A stretch of DNA of 64,000 nt, taken from contig JBPPMS010000127.1 in the NCBI GenBank assembly GCA_051306175.1, positions 4,276 through 68,275 of the forward strand, in the 5' to 3' direction. Source of the stretch: Mycobacterium sp. (GTDB lineage Bacteria > Actinomycetota > Actinomycetes > Mycobacteriales > Mycobacteriaceae). Positions 33,472-44,508 of this stretch are shown here, in pieces. The notes beneath the pieces are model-generated. The model saw nothing but the letters and a program-made list of their open reading frames with translations. It was not told the origin of the DNA and did no database searches. The number at the start of each line of letters is the position of its first letter. Positions within the stretch are counted from its first letter, which is position 1. Position numbers and translations under genes: made by a program.

Positions 33472-35364
33472 ATGGCGTTCTTCAACCCGTTCATCGATGA
33501 GGACGGGCGGATCAGGTTTCCCGACAACGGGAGCATCGTCCGTCACGTCGAGCGGTGGGCGTCGGTGCGAGGTGACGGCTTGGCTTATCGGTTCCTGGAC
33601 TTCTCCACGCAGCGCGACGGCGTCGCGCGAGATCTGAACTGGGCCGATTTCGGCGCCCGCAACCGTGCCGTCGGCGCCCGTTTGCAGCAGGTCACCGAAC
33701 TCGGCGACCGGGTGGCGATCCTGTGCCCGCAGAACCTCGACTACCTCGTCGCGTTCTTCGGCACCCTGTACGCGGGCCGCATCGCAGTGCCGCTGTTCGA
33801 TCCGTCCGAGCCCGGCCATGTGGGCCGCCTGCACGCAGTGCTCGACGACTGCACGGCCGCGGCCATCCTGACCACCACCGAGTCAGCCGAAGCGGTGCGG
33901 AAGTTTTTCCGCAGCAGGCCCGCCAAAGAACGGCCGCGCGTCATCGCCGTCGATGCCATCCCCGTCGAGGTGGGCAGCACCTGGCAGCAGGTGGACGTCG
34001 AGCACGACACCATCGCCTACCTGCAGTACACGTCGGGCTCCACCCGCATCCCCACCGGCGTCGCGATCACGCACCTGAACCTGGCCACCAATGTGGTGCA
34101 GGTGTGGGAGGCGTTGCGCGGTGAGCACGGCGATCGCGGTGTGACGTGGCTGCCGTTCTTCCATGACATGGGCCTGATCGCGATCATGATTTCGCCGATG
34201 GTCGGCTATCACTGCACCTTCATGACGCCCGCCGCGTTCGTCCGCAGGCCGATCCGCTGGATGCGCGAGTTGGCCCGCAAGGAAGGCGATACGGGACTGA
34301 CTTATTCGGTGGCCCCGAACTTCGCGTTCGACCACGCCGCGGCGCGTGGGCTGCCCAAGGACGGCGATCCGCCGCTCGACCTGTCGAACGTCAAGGCCAT
34401 CCTCAACGGCAGCGAGCCCATCTCGGCGGCGACCGTGCGCCGGTTCAACGAGGCGTTCGGTCCGTGCGGATTTCCGGAGATCGCCATTAAGCCGTCCTAC
34501 GGGCTGGCCGAGGCCACATTGTTCGTGTCGACCACGCCGTTGGGCGAGCCGCCGAAGATCGTCTACGTGGATCGCGAGGAGCTGAACAGCTTCCGCTTCG
34601 TCGAGGTGGCAGCCGATGCCCCCAATGCGGTGGCGCAGGCTTCGGCGGGCAAGATCGGCGCCGACGAGTGGGCGGCGATCGTCGACAGCGACACCGCCAC
34701 CGAGCTGGCGGACGGCCAGATCGGCGAGATCTGGTTGCACGGCCAGAACATGGGTCAGGGCTACTGGGGTAAAACCCAAGAGACCCAGGATATCTTCCAC
34801 AACATCTTGAAGTCCAAGGCCAACCCGTCGCACGCCGAGGGTGCAGCCGACGATGGCACGTGGGTGCGCACCGGCGACTACGGCACCTTTTACGAGGGTG
34901 ACCTCTACATCACCGGCCGGGTCAAGGACCTGGTGATCATCGACGGCCGCAACCACTATCCGCAGGACGTCGAATACTCCGCGCAGGAGGCCAGTCGGGC
35001 ACTGCGCACGGGATACGTCGCCGCGTTCTCGGTACCTGCCAACCAACTGCCCCGCGAGGTGTTCGACAACAGCCACGCCGGGCTCAAGTTCGATCCCGAG
35101 GACACCAGCGAGCAGTTGGTCATCGTCGGGGAGCGTGCGCCGGGATCGCACAAGTTGGAGCAGCAGCCCATCGCCGACGACATCCGGGCCGCCATCGCGG
35201 TGCGCCACGGTGTCACGGTGCGGGACGTCCTGTTGACGCCCGCCGGTGCCATCCCCCGGACGTCCTCGGGCAAGATCGGGCGGCGCGCCTGCAGGTCTGC
35301 CTATCTCGACGGCAGCCTGCGCAGGGGCAAGGTCGCCAACGCATTCCCCGACCAGGCGGAATGA
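33472..35364 (+). CDS. fadD32: Fatty-acyl-AMP ligase FadD32
   Basis: [17 protein letters not shown]...LAYRFLDFS...[15 protein letters not shown]...TGDYG...[10 protein letters not shown]. The ATG at 33472 is preceded by AGGAGAAAAGG. Confidence 0.95.
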   Translation: MAFFNPFIDEDGRIRFPDNGSIVRHVERWASVRGDGLAYRFLDFSTQRDGVARDLNWADFGARNRAVGARLQQVTELGDRVAILCPQNLDYLVAFFGTLYAGRIAVPLFDPSEPGHVGRLHAVLDDCTAAAILTTTESAEAVRKFFRSRPAKERPRVIAVDAIPVEVGSTWQQVDVEHDTIAYLQYTSGSTRIPTGVAITHLNLATNVVQVWEALRGEHGDRGVTWLPFFHDMGLIAIMISPMVGYHCTFMTPAAFVRRPIRWMRELARKEGDTGLTYSVAPNFAFDHAAARGLPKDGDPPLDLSNVKAILNGSEPISAATVRRFNEAFGPCGFPEIAIKPSYGLAEATLFVSTTPLGEPPKIVYVDREELNSFRFVEVAADAPNAVAQASAGKIGADEWAAIVDSDTATELADGQIGEIWLHGQNMGQGYWGKTQETQDIFHNILKSKANPSHAEGAADDGTWVRTGDYGTFYEGDLYITGRVKDLVIIDGRNHYPQDVEYSAQEASRALRTGYVAAFSVPANQLPREVFDNSHAGLKFDPEDTSEQLVIVGERAPGSHKLEQQPIADDIRAAIAVRHGVTVRDVLLTPAGAIPRTSSGKIGRRACRSAYLDGSLRRGKVANAFPDQAE

Positions 35365-35412
35365 CCCACCTCGAGCCAGCGAAAGGCTCGACCAAGGGGA
35401 GAGCTTCATCTC

Positions 35413-38400
35413 ATGTCTGACATCACACCTGACGCGCCGACCACCGAGGTGGCCAAGAAGGCACGCACCGACATCACCGTTCCCGAGATGCGTGAGTGGT
35501 TGCGCAACTGGGTGGCCAACGCCACCGGGCAGTCGGCTGCGACGATCAACGAATCGACCGCCATGGTGGAACTCGGCCTGTCGTCGCGCGACGCGGTCGC
35601 CATGGCTTCCGATATCGAAGATCTGACCGGCGTGACGCTGACGGCCACCGTGGTGTTCCGCAATCCGACCATCGAGTCGTTGGCTACGGTGATAGTCGAG
35701 GGCGAGCCGGAGGACGTCGACACCGGCGAGGACGAGGACTGGTCGAGGGCTCGTCGGGGTGACCCCGCCGAATACGACGTAGCGATTGTGGGTATCGGCA
35801 CCCGCTTTCCCGGCGATCTGAACACGCCGGACGAGATGTGGCGCGCCCTGCTCGAGGGTCGCGACGCGATCACCGATCTGCCCGAGGGCCGGTGGGAGGA
35901 GTTCCTCTGCGAGCCACGCCTGGCAGAGCGGGTGGCCAAGGCCCGCACCCGCGGCGGGTATCTGTCCGACATCAAGGGCTTCGACTCGGAGTTCTTCGCC
36001 TTGGCGAAGATGGAAGCAGACAACATCGACCCACAGCAGCGCATGGCGCTGGAGCTGACGTGGGAGGCACTCGAGCACGCCCGCATCCCCGCCTCGGCCC
36101 TGCGCGGCGGCAGCGTGGGCGTCTACATCGGCAGCTCGGTCAACGACTACATGTTCATGGCGGTCGCCGATCCCGGCTCCGCACACCCGTACGCCATCAC
36201 GGGCAACTCCAGCGCCGTCATCGCCAATCGGGTGTCGTACTTCTTCGATTTCCGCGGGCCGTCGATGTCCATCGACACGGCGTGCTCGTCGTCGCTGTTC
36301 GCGGTGCACGAAGGTGTGAAGGCGCTGCGCGCAGGCGACGCCGACGTCGTGATCGCGGGTGGTGTCAACGCGCTCATCACCCCGATGGTGACGCTCGGTT
36401 TCGACGAGGTGGGCGGCGTGCTCGCGCCCGACGGCCGGATTAAGTCGTTCTCCTCGGACGCTGACGGTTATGCACGGGCCGAGGGTGGCGGCCTGGTCGT
36501 GCTCAAGCGGGTGTCTGACGCCCGCCGCGACGGCGACCAAATCCTGGCGGTCATCGCGGGCAGCGCCGTCAACCACGACGGCAGGTCCAACGGCATGCTG
36601 GCGCCGAACCCGGATGCGCAGGCCGAGGTGCTGCGCAAGGCCTATAAGGACGCCGGGATCGATCCGCGCACTGTCGACTACATCGAGGCGCACGGCACGG
36701 GCACCATCCTGGGCGACCCGATTGAGGCCGACGCGCTGGGTCGCGTGATCGGCAGGCGACGACCCGCGGATCAGCCCGCCCTGCTGGGTGCGGTGAAATC
36801 CAATGTGGGACACCTGGAATCGGCCGCGGGTGCGGCCAGCCTGGCGAAGGTCGCGTTGTCGCTGCAGCACGACAAGCTGCCGCCGTCGATCAACTACGCG
36901 GGCCCCAACCCCTATATCGACTTCGACAAGGAGGGGCTGAAGGTCAACGACACCGTCTCGGACTGGCCGCGCTACAGCGGGCATGCGATCGCCGGTGTGT
37001 CGGGCTTCGGCTTCGGCGGCGCCAATGCTCACATCGTGGTGCGTGAGGTACTCCCATCCGACCTGGTCGAGCCCGAAGCGGTGGAGCCCGTCGTCGAGGT
37101 CAGCGTCACGCCCGGCGAGTCCGCCGAGTACATCGGTGGTGTGCGGTTGGACGAGTACGGCGAGTTCGTCGGCGATGAGCCGCTTGTGCGAAGACAATCA
37201 GGTGCGGCCGAGATCTCACACGCCCGCAGCCATAGCAGCGACGACGCCGAGCCCGAGTTGCCCGGACTCACCGACGAGGCACTGCGCCTGTTGGAGCTGG
37301 CCCGCGAGGAGCTCGAAGCCACCGAACTCCCCACACCGGTTGTGCCGCTTGCTGTTTCGGCTTTCCTGACCTCGCGCAAGAAGGCGGCCGCCGCCGAACT
37401 TGCCGACTGGATCGACAGCGAAGAAGGCCGGGGCACGTCGCTGGAAGCCATTGGCCGTTCGCTGTCGCGCCGTAACCACGGCCGCTCACGCGCCGTCGCA
37501 CTGGCGACCGATCATGACGAGGCCGTCAAACTGCTACGTCAGGTGTCCGAGGGCAAGCAGAGCCCGAAGATCTTCTCGGCCGACGGCCCGGTCAGCACGG
37601 GTCCGGTCTGGGTGCTCGCAGGTTTCGGTGCGCAGCACCGCAAGATGGGCAAGAGCCTCTATCTGCGCGACGAGATCTTCGCCGGGTGGATCAACAAGGT
37701 CGACGCGCTGATCCAGGACGAACTCGGCTATTCGGTTGTCGAGCTGATCCTGGACGACTCGCAGGACTACGGCATCGAGACCACCCAAGTCACCATCTAC
37801 GCGATCCAGATCGCGCTCGGTGAGGTGCTCAAGGCGCACGGCGCCAAACCTGGTGCGGTGGTGGGTCAGTCGCTCGGCGAGGCGGCGGCCGCGTACTTCT
37901 CCGGCGGCCTGTCTCTGGCCGACGCCACCCGGACCATCTGCGCGCGTTCGCATCTCATGGGCGAGGGCGAGGCGATGCTGTTCGGCGAGTACATCCGCCT
38001 GATGGCGCTCGTGGAATACTCCGCAGACGAGATCAAGACGGTGTTCTCCGACTACCCCGACCTGGAAGTGTGCGTGTACGCCGCGCCCACCCAAACCGTC
38101 ATCGGCGGTCCGCCCGAACAGGTCGACGCGATCATCGCCAGGGCCGAGTCCGAGGGCAAGTTCGCCCGCAAGTTCCAGACCAAGGGCGCCAGCCACACCA
38201 CGCAGATGGATCCGCTGCTGGGCGAGCTCGCCGCAGAGTTGCAGGGCATCACGCCATTGCCGCTGGGGATCACCTACTTCTCCACCGTGCACGAGGGTCA
38301 GTTGATCCGCACGGGCGGCGATCCGATCCACGGCGTCGACTACTGGAAGAAGGGCCTGCGGCACAGCGTCTACTTCACCCACGGCATCCGCAACGCGGTC

Positions 38401-40857
38401 GACAACGGGCACACCACTTTCCTGGAACTCGCGCCCAACCCCGTCGCGCTGATGCAGGTCGGCCTTACCACGGCCGACGCGGGACTGCATGACGCCCAAC
38501 TGATCTCGACGTTGGCGCGTAAGCAGGACGAGGTCGAGACGATGACGCTGGCGATGGCGCAGCTGTACGTGCACGGCCACGCAATGGACTTCCGTACGCT
38601 CTTCACCCGTGCGGAGGGGCCGCACGATTACGCCAACATTCCGCCCACCCGGTTCCGGCGCAAGCCGCACTGGCTCGATGTGCGGTTCAGCGCGGACGGC
38701 TCGAACCTCGCGCCGGGTTCGCACGTCGCGACACCCGACGGCAAGCATGTCTGGGAATACGCACCGCGGGCTAGCACCGATCTCGCCACTCTCGTGAAAG
38801 CCGCCGCGACACAGGTGCTTCCGGGTGCCACCGTGACGGCGTACGAGCAGCGGGCGGTCCCTGCCGACGGCGCCCGACTGGTCACCACGTTGTCGCGGCA
38901 TCCGGGTGGTGCCACCGTGCAGGTGCATGCGCGTATCGACGAGTCGTTCACACTGGTGTACGACGCGATCCTCAGCCGTGCAGGCACTGCGAGCGTGCTG
39001 CCGACGGCCGTCGGTGCGGGCGCAGTGGTCGCGCTGCCCGCCACCGAGACCGCGCCGGTCGCGGTTGCACCCAGCGAGCCCGAAGACGACGCCGCCATCC
39101 TCAGCGACAACCTCGCTGCGGGTGCGGGTCTCGCCGCTGGGTTCGCCAAGTGGTCGGCGGGCTCCGGCGAAACCATCGCCGACCGGCTGGGCTCCATCGT
39201 CGGCGGTGCCATGGGCTATGAGCCCGAGGATCTGCCGTGGGAGGTGCCGCTCATCGAGCTGGGCCTCGATTCACTGATGGCGGTGCGGATCAAGAACCGA
39301 GTCGAGTACGACTTCGACCTGCCCCCAATCCAATTGACGGCTGTCCGCGACGCCAACCTGTACGCCGTCGAGAAGCTCATCGAGTACGCGATCGAACACC
39401 GCGACGAGGTCAGCGAGCTCGCCGAGGCGCAGAAGACGCAGACACCCGAGGAGATCGCGGCCGCGCAGGCCGAGTTGATGGGCGGCGCGACCACGGTCGC
39501 CGAGCTCGAGGCCAAGCTGGCCGAGGCGGGACATTCCCTCGGTGAAAAGGCCGTGCCAGATGCGGCGCCCGCGGCCGCAGCGATCGCCCCTGAGGCGACC
39601 ACCGCGCTTCCTGCGCCGCCCACCAACCCCGCAGGACCGGGGGCCGGTGCCATCCCGCCACCGCCGACCAACCCGGCGGGTCCTGGCGCTGCCGCGCAGA
39701 CCGCCGTGGGGGCGGCAGCGCAGGTGCTCAGCCAGCAGGCGGTCATCGACGCGTTGGGGGCCGACGTGCCGCCGCGTGATGCCGCCGAGCGGGTCACATT
39801 CGCCACCTGGGCTGTGGTCACGGGCAAGTCGCCCGGAGGCATCTTCAACGAGCTGCCCTCGCTCGATGATGCCGCCGCCGAGAAGTTGGCCGCACGGCTG
39901 ACCGAGCGGGCCGAAGGCACCATCACGGCCGACGATGTCAGGGCCGCGAAGACGATCGAACATCTGTCGTCCACCGTCCGTGAGTTCCTGGAAGGCGGCA
40001 AGGTCGACGGGTTCGTCCGCACGCTGCGGGCCCCGGCCGAGGGCTCAGACGGCGCGGTAGGAACTGACCACGTTCCGCTGTTCGTGTTCCATCCGGCAGG
40101 TGGCTCGACGGTGGTCTACGAGCCGCTGATCAAGCGACTGCCCGCGGGCCCCCCGATCTACGGGTTCGAGCGCGTCGAAGGATCCGTGCAGGAGCGGGCC
40201 GCCAAATACGTGCCGAAGCTTCTGGAGCTCAACCCGGGTAAGCCGTTCATCCTGGCCGGGTGGTCGCTGGGCGGCGTGCTGGCCTACGCGTGTGCCATCG
40301 GGTTGCGCCAGGCAGGCGCCGATGTCCGGTTCGTCGGGCTGATCGACGCGGTCCGCGCGGGCGAAGAGGTACCGCAGACCCGCGAAGAGAACAGGGCCAG
40401 GTGGCAGCGCTACGCGCAGTTCGCCGAGCGCACGTTCAACGTGCAGGTCCCGGCGATTCCGTACGACGAGTTGGAGAAGCTGGACGACGCAGGCCAGGTC
40501 CAGTTCGTGCTGGACGCGGTCAAGGAGAGCGGCGTCCAGATCCCCGGCGGCATCGTCGAGCACCAGCGGACGTCCTACCTGGACAACCGGATGCTCGACA
40601 CGGCTGAGATCGAGCCCTTCGACGGCCACGTCACGCTGTACATGGCCGACCGGTACCACGACGACGCGATTTACTTCGAGCCGCGCTACGCCATTCGTCA
40701 GCCCGACGGCGGCTGGGGCGAGTTCGTAGCCGATCTGGAGGTCGTGCCGATCGGGGGCGAGCACATTCAGGCGATCGATGAGCCGTACATTGCCAAAGTG
40801 GGTGCGCACCTGAGCGAGGCGATCAACCGCATAGACGCCACGAAGGAGTCGTTGTGA
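35413..40857 (+). CDS. pks13: Mycolic acid condensase polyketide synthase Pks13 (ACP-KS-AT-ACP-TE)
   Basis: Domain motifs in order: LGLSSRDAV (N-terminal ACP Ser), DTACSSSL (KS Cys), GQSLGE (AT Ser), LGLDSLMAV (C-terminal ACP Ser), GWSLGG (TE Ser). The protein is 1814 aa. Confidence 0.97.
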   Translation: MSDITPDAPTTEVAKKARTDITVPEMREWLRNWVANATGQSAATINESTAMVELGLSSRDAVAMASDIEDLTGVTLTATVVFRNPTIESLATVIVEGEPEDVDTGEDEDWSRARRGDPAEYDVAIVGIGTRFPGDLNTPDEMWRALLEGRDAITDLPEGRWEEFLCEPRLAERVAKARTRGGYLSDIKGFDSEFFALAKMEADNIDPQQRMALELTWEALEHARIPASALRGGSVGVYIGSSVNDYMFMAVADPGSAHPYAITGNSSAVIANRVSYFFDFRGPSMSIDTACSSSLFAVHEGVKALRAGDADVVIAGGVNALITPMVTLGFDEVGGVLAPDGRIKSFSSDADGYARAEGGGLVVLKRVSDARRDGDQILAVIAGSAVNHDGRSNGMLAPNPDAQAEVLRKAYKDAGIDPRTVDYIEAHGTGTILGDPIEADALGRVIGRRRPADQPALLGAVKSNVGHLESAAGAASLAKVALSLQHDKLPPSINYAGPNPYIDFDKEGLKVNDTVSDWPRYSGHAIAGVSGFGFGGANAHIVVREVLPSDLVEPEAVEPVVEVSVTPGESAEYIGGVRLDEYGEFVGDEPLVRRQSGAAEISHARSHSSDDAEPELPGLTDEALRLLELAREELEATELPTPVVPLAVSAFLTSRKKAAAAELADWIDSEEGRGTSLEAIGRSLSRRNHGRSRAVALATDHDEAVKLLRQVSEGKQSPKIFSADGPVSTGPVWVLAGFGAQHRKMGKSLYLRDEIFAGWINKVDALIQDELGYSVVELILDDSQDYGIETTQVTIYAIQIALGEVLKAHGAKPGAVVGQSLGEAAAAYFSGGLSLADATRTICARSHLMGEGEAMLFGEYIRLMALVEYSADEIKTVFSDYPDLEVCVYAAPTQTVIGGPPEQVDAIIARAESEGKFARKFQTKGASHTTQMDPLLGELAAELQGITPLPLGITYFSTVHEGQLIRTGGDPIHGVDYWKKGLRHSVYFTHGIRNAVDNGHTTFLELAPNPVALMQVGLTTADAGLHDAQLISTLARKQDEVETMTLAMAQLYVHGHAMDFRTLFTRAEGPHDYANIPPTRFRRKPHWLDVRFSADGSNLAPGSHVATPDGKHVWEYAPRASTDLATLVKAAATQVLPGATVTAYEQRAVPADGARLVTTLSRHPGGATVQVHARIDESFTLVYDAILSRAGTASVLPTAVGAGAVVALPATETAPVAVAPSEPEDDAAILSDNLAAGAGLAAGFAKWSAGSGETIADRLGSIVGGAMGYEPEDLPWEVPLIELGLDSLMAVRIKNRVEYDFDLPPIQLTAVRDANLYAVEKLIEYAIEHRDEVSELAEAQKTQTPEEIAAAQAELMGGATTVAELEAKLAEAGHSLGEKAVPDAAPAAAAIAPEATTALPAPPTNPAGPGAGAIPPPPTNPAGPGAAAQTAVGAAAQVLSQQAVIDALGADVPPRDAAERVTFATWAVVTGKSPGGIFNELPSLDDAAAEKLAARLTERAEGTITADDVRAAKTIEHLSSTVREFLEGGKVDGFVRTLRAPAEGSDGAVGTDHVPLFVFHPAGGSTVVYEPLIKRLPAGPPIYGFERVEGSVQERAAKYVPKLLELNPGKPFILAGWSLGGVLAYACAIGLRQAGADVRFVGLIDAVRAGEEVPQTREENRARWQRYAQFAERTFNVQVPAIPYDELEKLDDAGQVQFVLDAVKESGVQIPGGIVEHQRTSYLDNRMLDTAEIEPFDGHVTLYMADRYHDDAIYFEPRYAIRQPDGGWGEFVADLEVVPIGGEHIQAIDEPYIAKVGAHLSEAINRIDATKESL

Positions 40858-42416
40858 CCGGTACCAAGCAAGCCGCCACCACCGCCCACAAGCTCGCCGA
40901 GCTCCGCGAGAAGCTCGAGCTGGCCAAAGAGCCTGGCGGCGAGAAGGCCGCGGCCAAACGCGCGAAGAAGGGCATCCCGAGCGCCAGGGAACGCATCTAC
41001 TCGCTGCTGGATCCGGGCAGCTTCTTCGAGATCGCCGCGCTGGCCAAGACGCCGGGTGATCCGAACGCGTTGTTCGGCGACGGTGTGGTCACCGGGCACG
41101 GCACGATCAACGGCCGACCGGTTGGGGTGTTCTCCCACGACCAGACGGTCTTCCAGGGCACTGTCGGTGAGATGTTCGGCCGCAAGGTCGCCCGCCTGAT
41201 GGAGTGGGTGGCCATGGTCGGATGCCCGATCATCGGGATCAACGACTCCGGCGGCGCGCGCATCCAGGACGCGGCGACGTCGCTGGCCTGGTACGCAGAG
41301 CTGGGCCGTCGCCACGAGCTGCTGTCTGGACTGGTGCCGCAAATCTCGATCATCCTCGGCAAGTGTGCCGGCGGCGCGGTCTATTCGCCGATCCAGACCG
41401 ACCTGGTGGTCGCCGTCCGCGACCAGGGCTACATGTTCGTCACCGGCCCCGACGTTATCCAGGACGTCACCGGTGAGGACGTCAGCCTCGACGAACTCGG
41501 CGGCGCCGACTACCAGGCCCGCTACGGCAACATCCACCAGGTGGTCGAGGACGAGAAGGCGGCGTTCCAGTACGTCCGCGACTACCTGGAGTTCTTGCCG
41601 GGCAACACTTTTGACGACACACCGATCGTCAACCCCGGCCTTGAGCCCGAGATCACCCCGCACGACCTCGAACTCGACAGTCTCGTGCCCGACGCCGACA
41701 ACATGGGCTACGACATGCTGGAGATCCTGCTGCGGATCTTCGACGACGGCGATTTCTTCGAGGTCGCCGCCCAGGGCGGCAAAGCCATCATCACCGGCTA
41801 CGCCCGCGTGGACGGTCGCACCGTCGGTGTCGTCGCCAACCAGCCGATGTACAACGCGGGTGCAATCGACAACGAGGAATCCGACAAGGCGGCGCGCTTC
41901 GTCCGCTTCAACGACTCGTTCAACATTCCGCTGGTCTTCGTCGTCGACACCCCGGGCTTCATGGTGGGCGTCGAACAGGAGAAGGCCGGCATCATCAAGC
42001 GCGGCGGCCGGTTCCTGTACTCCGTGGTGGAGGCCGACGTTCCGAAGGTCACCATTACGGTGCGCAAGTCCTACGGCGGCGCGTATGCGGTGATGGGCTC
42101 CAAGCAGCTGACCGCCGATATGAACTTCGCGTGGCCGACGGCCCGCATCGCGGTGATCGGTGCCGAAGGCGCGGCGCAGTTGCTGGTCAAGCGGTTTCCC
42201 GATCCGACAGCACCCGAGGTGCAGAAGATCAGGGCCGACTTCATCGAGGGCTACAACCTCAACCTGGCGATCCCGTATATCGCGGCCGAACGCGGCTACA
42301 TCGACGCCGTGATCGAACCACACCAGACCCGCCTGCAACTGCGCAGCGCGATGCGCCTGCTGCGCGACAAGCAAATCAGCCGCGTGCAGCGCAAGCACGG
42401 CCTCATCCCGATCTAA
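40854..42416 (+). CDS. accD4: Acyl-CoA carboxylase carboxyltransferase beta subunit AccD4
   Basis: GTG overlaps the pks13 stop (GTGA). Carboxyltransferase-fold blocks are present: [33 protein letters not shown]. Confidence 0.95.
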   Translation: MTGTKQAATTAHKLAELREKLELAKEPGGEKAAAKRAKKGIPSARERIYSLLDPGSFFEIAALAKTPGDPNALFGDGVVTGHGTINGRPVGVFSHDQTVFQGTVGEMFGRKVARLMEWVAMVGCPIIGINDSGGARIQDAATSLAWYAELGRRHELLSGLVPQISIILGKCAGGAVYSPIQTDLVVAVRDQGYMFVTGPDVIQDVTGEDVSLDELGGADYQARYGNIHQVVEDEKAAFQYVRDYLEFLPGNTFDDTPIVNPGLEPEITPHDLELDSLVPDADNMGYDMLEILLRIFDDGDFFEVAAQGGKAIITGYARVDGRTVGVVANQPMYNAGAIDNEESDKAARFVRFNDSFNIPLVFVVDTPGFMVGVEQEKAGIIKRGGRFLYSVVEADVPKVTITVRKSYGGAYAVMGSKQLTADMNFAWPTARIAVIGAEGAAQLLVKRFPDPTAPEVQKIRADFIEGYNLNLAIPYIAAERGYIDAVIEPHQTRLQLRSAMRLLRDKQISRVQRKHGLIPI

Positions 42417-42521
42417 ATCCGACTCACCACCACCAACGCCGAAACTCACATTTCGACGGATTTGTGCGAGTAGAACGCACCATTTCGTCGGTCTGGGCCG
42501 TCCGCGCTCTACGATTCGATC

Positions 42522-43061
42522 GTGACTGACGCAGCAGGTCCGGAGGGCAGGAGCGCAGCGACCCGGGAGGTAGGTCCGGAGGGCAGGAGCGCAGCGACCC
42601 GGGAGGTTGGCACCGCGCACCACCCCGTCGTGTCGGCGGCAGTGGGTGCCGCCGCGATCGTCGGTGGAGGCGCGCTCGTGATTTACCGCGGCGCCAAGCG
42701 TCTCCCGATTGTCGGCGACGTGTTACAGCGCACCCGGGCCGACTTGACCGTCCGCGGTGACCAGGTGATCGCCGCAAGTACCGCACCGGTAAAGGCTCTC
42801 ATCCAGACGATCGCGGTCCAGGTCGTCGATCTTGTGCTCGACGAACTCGATATCACTGCCCTGGTCCGCGACAAGGTGGATCTCGCGGGATTGGCCAACC
42901 AGGTGATCGACGACATCGACCTGCCGGGCATCATCCGCACCTCGACCGCCTCAGTCACCACCGAGGTGATGACGGATGTGCGTGGCCAGAGCGAGCGTGC
43001 GGACGATGTCGTCGCCGCGTTCGTCGACCGGGTGCTCGGCCGGAACGGCGATCTGCGATGA
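42522..43061 (+). CDS. Hypothetical membrane-anchored protein with a duplicated N-terminal 12-aa segment
   Basis: The 179-aa protein has one TM helix (VSAAVGAAAIVGGGALVIY) and good GC3. I did not recognise a family. Confidence 0.6.
   Translation: MTDAAGPEGRSAATREVGPEGRSAATREVGTAHHPVVSAAVGAAAIVGGGALVIYRGAKRLPIVGDVLQRTRADLTVRGDQVIAASTAPVKALIQTIAVQVVDLVLDELDITALVRDKVDLAGLANQVIDDIDLPGIIRTSTASVTTEVMTDVRGQSERADDVVAAFVDRVLGRNGDLR
42536..42607 (+). repeat. Perfect 36-bp tandem duplication (2 copies), in frame
   Basis: AGGTCCGGAGGGCAGGAGCGCAGCGACCCGGGAGGT occurs at 42536-42571 and identically at 42572-42607. It encodes GPEGRSAATREV twice. Confidence 0.95.
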
Positions 43062-43495
43062 CGTTGGACCCGGGGACGGACACGCGAGCAGCGGGCATCG
43101 TCAGCCGTGGTGTCGCCGCCATCATCGACCTCGGGGTCACCCTGGCCGTCCTCGGCGCGCTCTACGTCGGCCTCACGATCACCCGAATGGCCTTTAATCC
43201 CACCGGATTTCAGTTCCCATCGGTGCACTTCTTCCTGTCGACCGCTGTGACGTTCAGCGTGACGGTCTGTTACCTCGCGCTGTGTTGGGCGGTATCGGGC
43301 TGCACAGTGGGCGCCGTGGTGATGGGGGTGCGGGTGCTGGGCCGACGCACCGACAGGGTGCCGCCGCTGACGGCGTTGCTACGGGCGGCGTCATGCGTGG
43401 TGTTCCCAGTCGGTCTCGCGTGGGTGGCGTTCGACCGGCGCCGACGCTCTATCCAGGACCGCGTGTTCGGCACCCGCGTGGTGTACGTCCGCTAG
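43058..43495 (+). CDS. RDD-family membrane protein
   Basis: The ATG overlaps the upstream stop (ATGA). GIVSRGVAAIIDLGV...FDRRRRSIQDRVFGTRVV has the typical RDD architecture with three TM helices. Confidence 0.78.
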   Translation: MTLDPGTDTRAAGIVSRGVAAIIDLGVTLAVLGALYVGLTITRMAFNPTGFQFPSVHFFLSTAVTFSVTVCYLALCWAVSGCTVGAVVMGVRVLGRRTDRVPPLTALLRAASCVVFPVGLAWVAFDRRRRSIQDRVFGTRVVYVR

Positions 43496-43519
43496 TTTCG
43501 CAACGCAGGCATCGTGTGT

Positions 43520-43536
43520 GCGCCGCCTTCCGGCGC
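43520..43536. terminator. Short GC hairpin between convergent genes
   Basis: GCGCCG ccttc CGGCGC has a 6-bp stem. It lies between the RDD gene end (43495) and the nuclease-like gene end (43642). Confidence 0.3.
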
Positions 43537-43641
43537 CCGGAGCGCAATCGGCCAAGGACACCGAGGCTGTGGTCGCCAATAGCCACTCGGCCCGGTGCTC
43601 CCAGGGGTCAGGTCTATCTGGTCCAGGTGCGCAGCTCGTCC

Positions 43642-44508
43642 TCAGCCCACCGGTATGGCGCGCCGCTCGCGCAGTTCGCGAACGCGGACATGGAAACTGA
43701 CGGGGGTGACGCCGAGGGCGGCGTCGATGATCGCGACGAAGAACTGGTCGGGACGCACGTCGGCGGGCACCAGATCAGGCCGCGCGGAGACGAATTCGTC
43801 CTCGTCCCAATCGGCGAGCAGCAGCGCCGTTGCGGTGTAGCCGTCGCCCGAGGGATTCTGGCGCAGCTTGCGGATCATGTCGACGCTGCGCTCGAAGGCA
43901 TCGGGTTCGGTGTCCAGGATGGTGGCGCGTTGCACGAAAAAGAACCCGGTGGCCGCCAGGGGGTAGCGCCCGCGCAGATTGCCTGCGTCGCCGTAGGATT
44001 CCTCGAACCGGTTGGGCAGGTTTTTGCCGAAGCTCGACAGCTGCGCCTTGGTGGAGATGAGGATCTCCGGTCCGCGGTCCCAGCGCGACATCAGCACGTC
44101 GACCTGCTTCTCATAGGCGCGCCCGAGCACCCGCGCTGAAACGGGAGCAACAGCGGACATATTCGTAAGACGTTGTGTGAGTTCAGCTCTGAGCGCAGCA
44201 GGCACCTTGTCGAGCAGGAGGGCGATGTCGCGCGGCAGTACGCGCGGGCGCGTTGGACGCGGCCACACCTCGTCGGTGCCGAATCCCGCGCGGCGCAGCT
44301 CGTAGGCGATCCATGCGTCGACCCCGTTGGCGAAGTTGCCGCTCTCCGAGACTGCCGCAGCGGACACCGGAATGGTGAGCAACCGGCCCAGCAGCTCATA
44401 ATCCGGCTTGTAACGTGGATATTCACCACGGTTGTGGGTCCACGGGTCGGTGACGGCACCGGTGAGCAGGTGATCGAACTGGCTGAACGAATCCGATCCG
44501 GCAGCCAT
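43642..44508 (-). CDS. Putative type II restriction endonuclease partner of the adjacent methyltransferase (288 aa; family unverified)
   Basis: The ATG at 44508 shares one base with the methyltransferase stop (TGATG). GC3 is high. The block KQVDVLMSRWDRGPEILISTKAQLSSFGKNLPNRFEESYGDAGNL looks like a PD-(D/E)xK-type core. From memory only, it resembles the K-S-Q-x-G-x-S-F-G-N-N-x-N-N-R-x-E-E block of XhoI/PaeR7I-type enzymes. Confidence 0.55.
   Translation of the reverse strand: MAAGSDSFSQFDHLLTGAVTDPWTHNRGEYPRYKPDYELLGRLLTIPVSAAAVSESGNFANGVDAWIAYELRRAGFGTDEVWPRPTRPRVLPRDIALLLDKVPAALRAELTQRLTNMSAVAPVSARVLGRAYEKQVDVLMSRWDRGPEILISTKAQLSSFGKNLPNRFEESYGDAGNLRGRYPLAATGFFFVQRATILDTEPDAFERSVDMIRKLRQNPSGDGYTATALLLADWDEDEFVSARPDLVPADVRPDQFFVAIIDAALGVTPVSFHVRVRELRERRAIPVG

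Noticed and set aside
33883-37197. 1104-aa ORF on the minus strand
   Set aside because: It is antisense to fadD32 and pks13, whose frames have unmistakable catalytic motifs. Its translation is R/G/P/H-rich with no recognisable domain. This is a typical high-GC shadow ORF.
40767-42623. 618-aa minus-strand ORF
   Set aside because: It is antisense to accD4. Its repeated N-terminus (LPGRCAPALRT x2) is simply the reverse reading of the 36-bp duplication.
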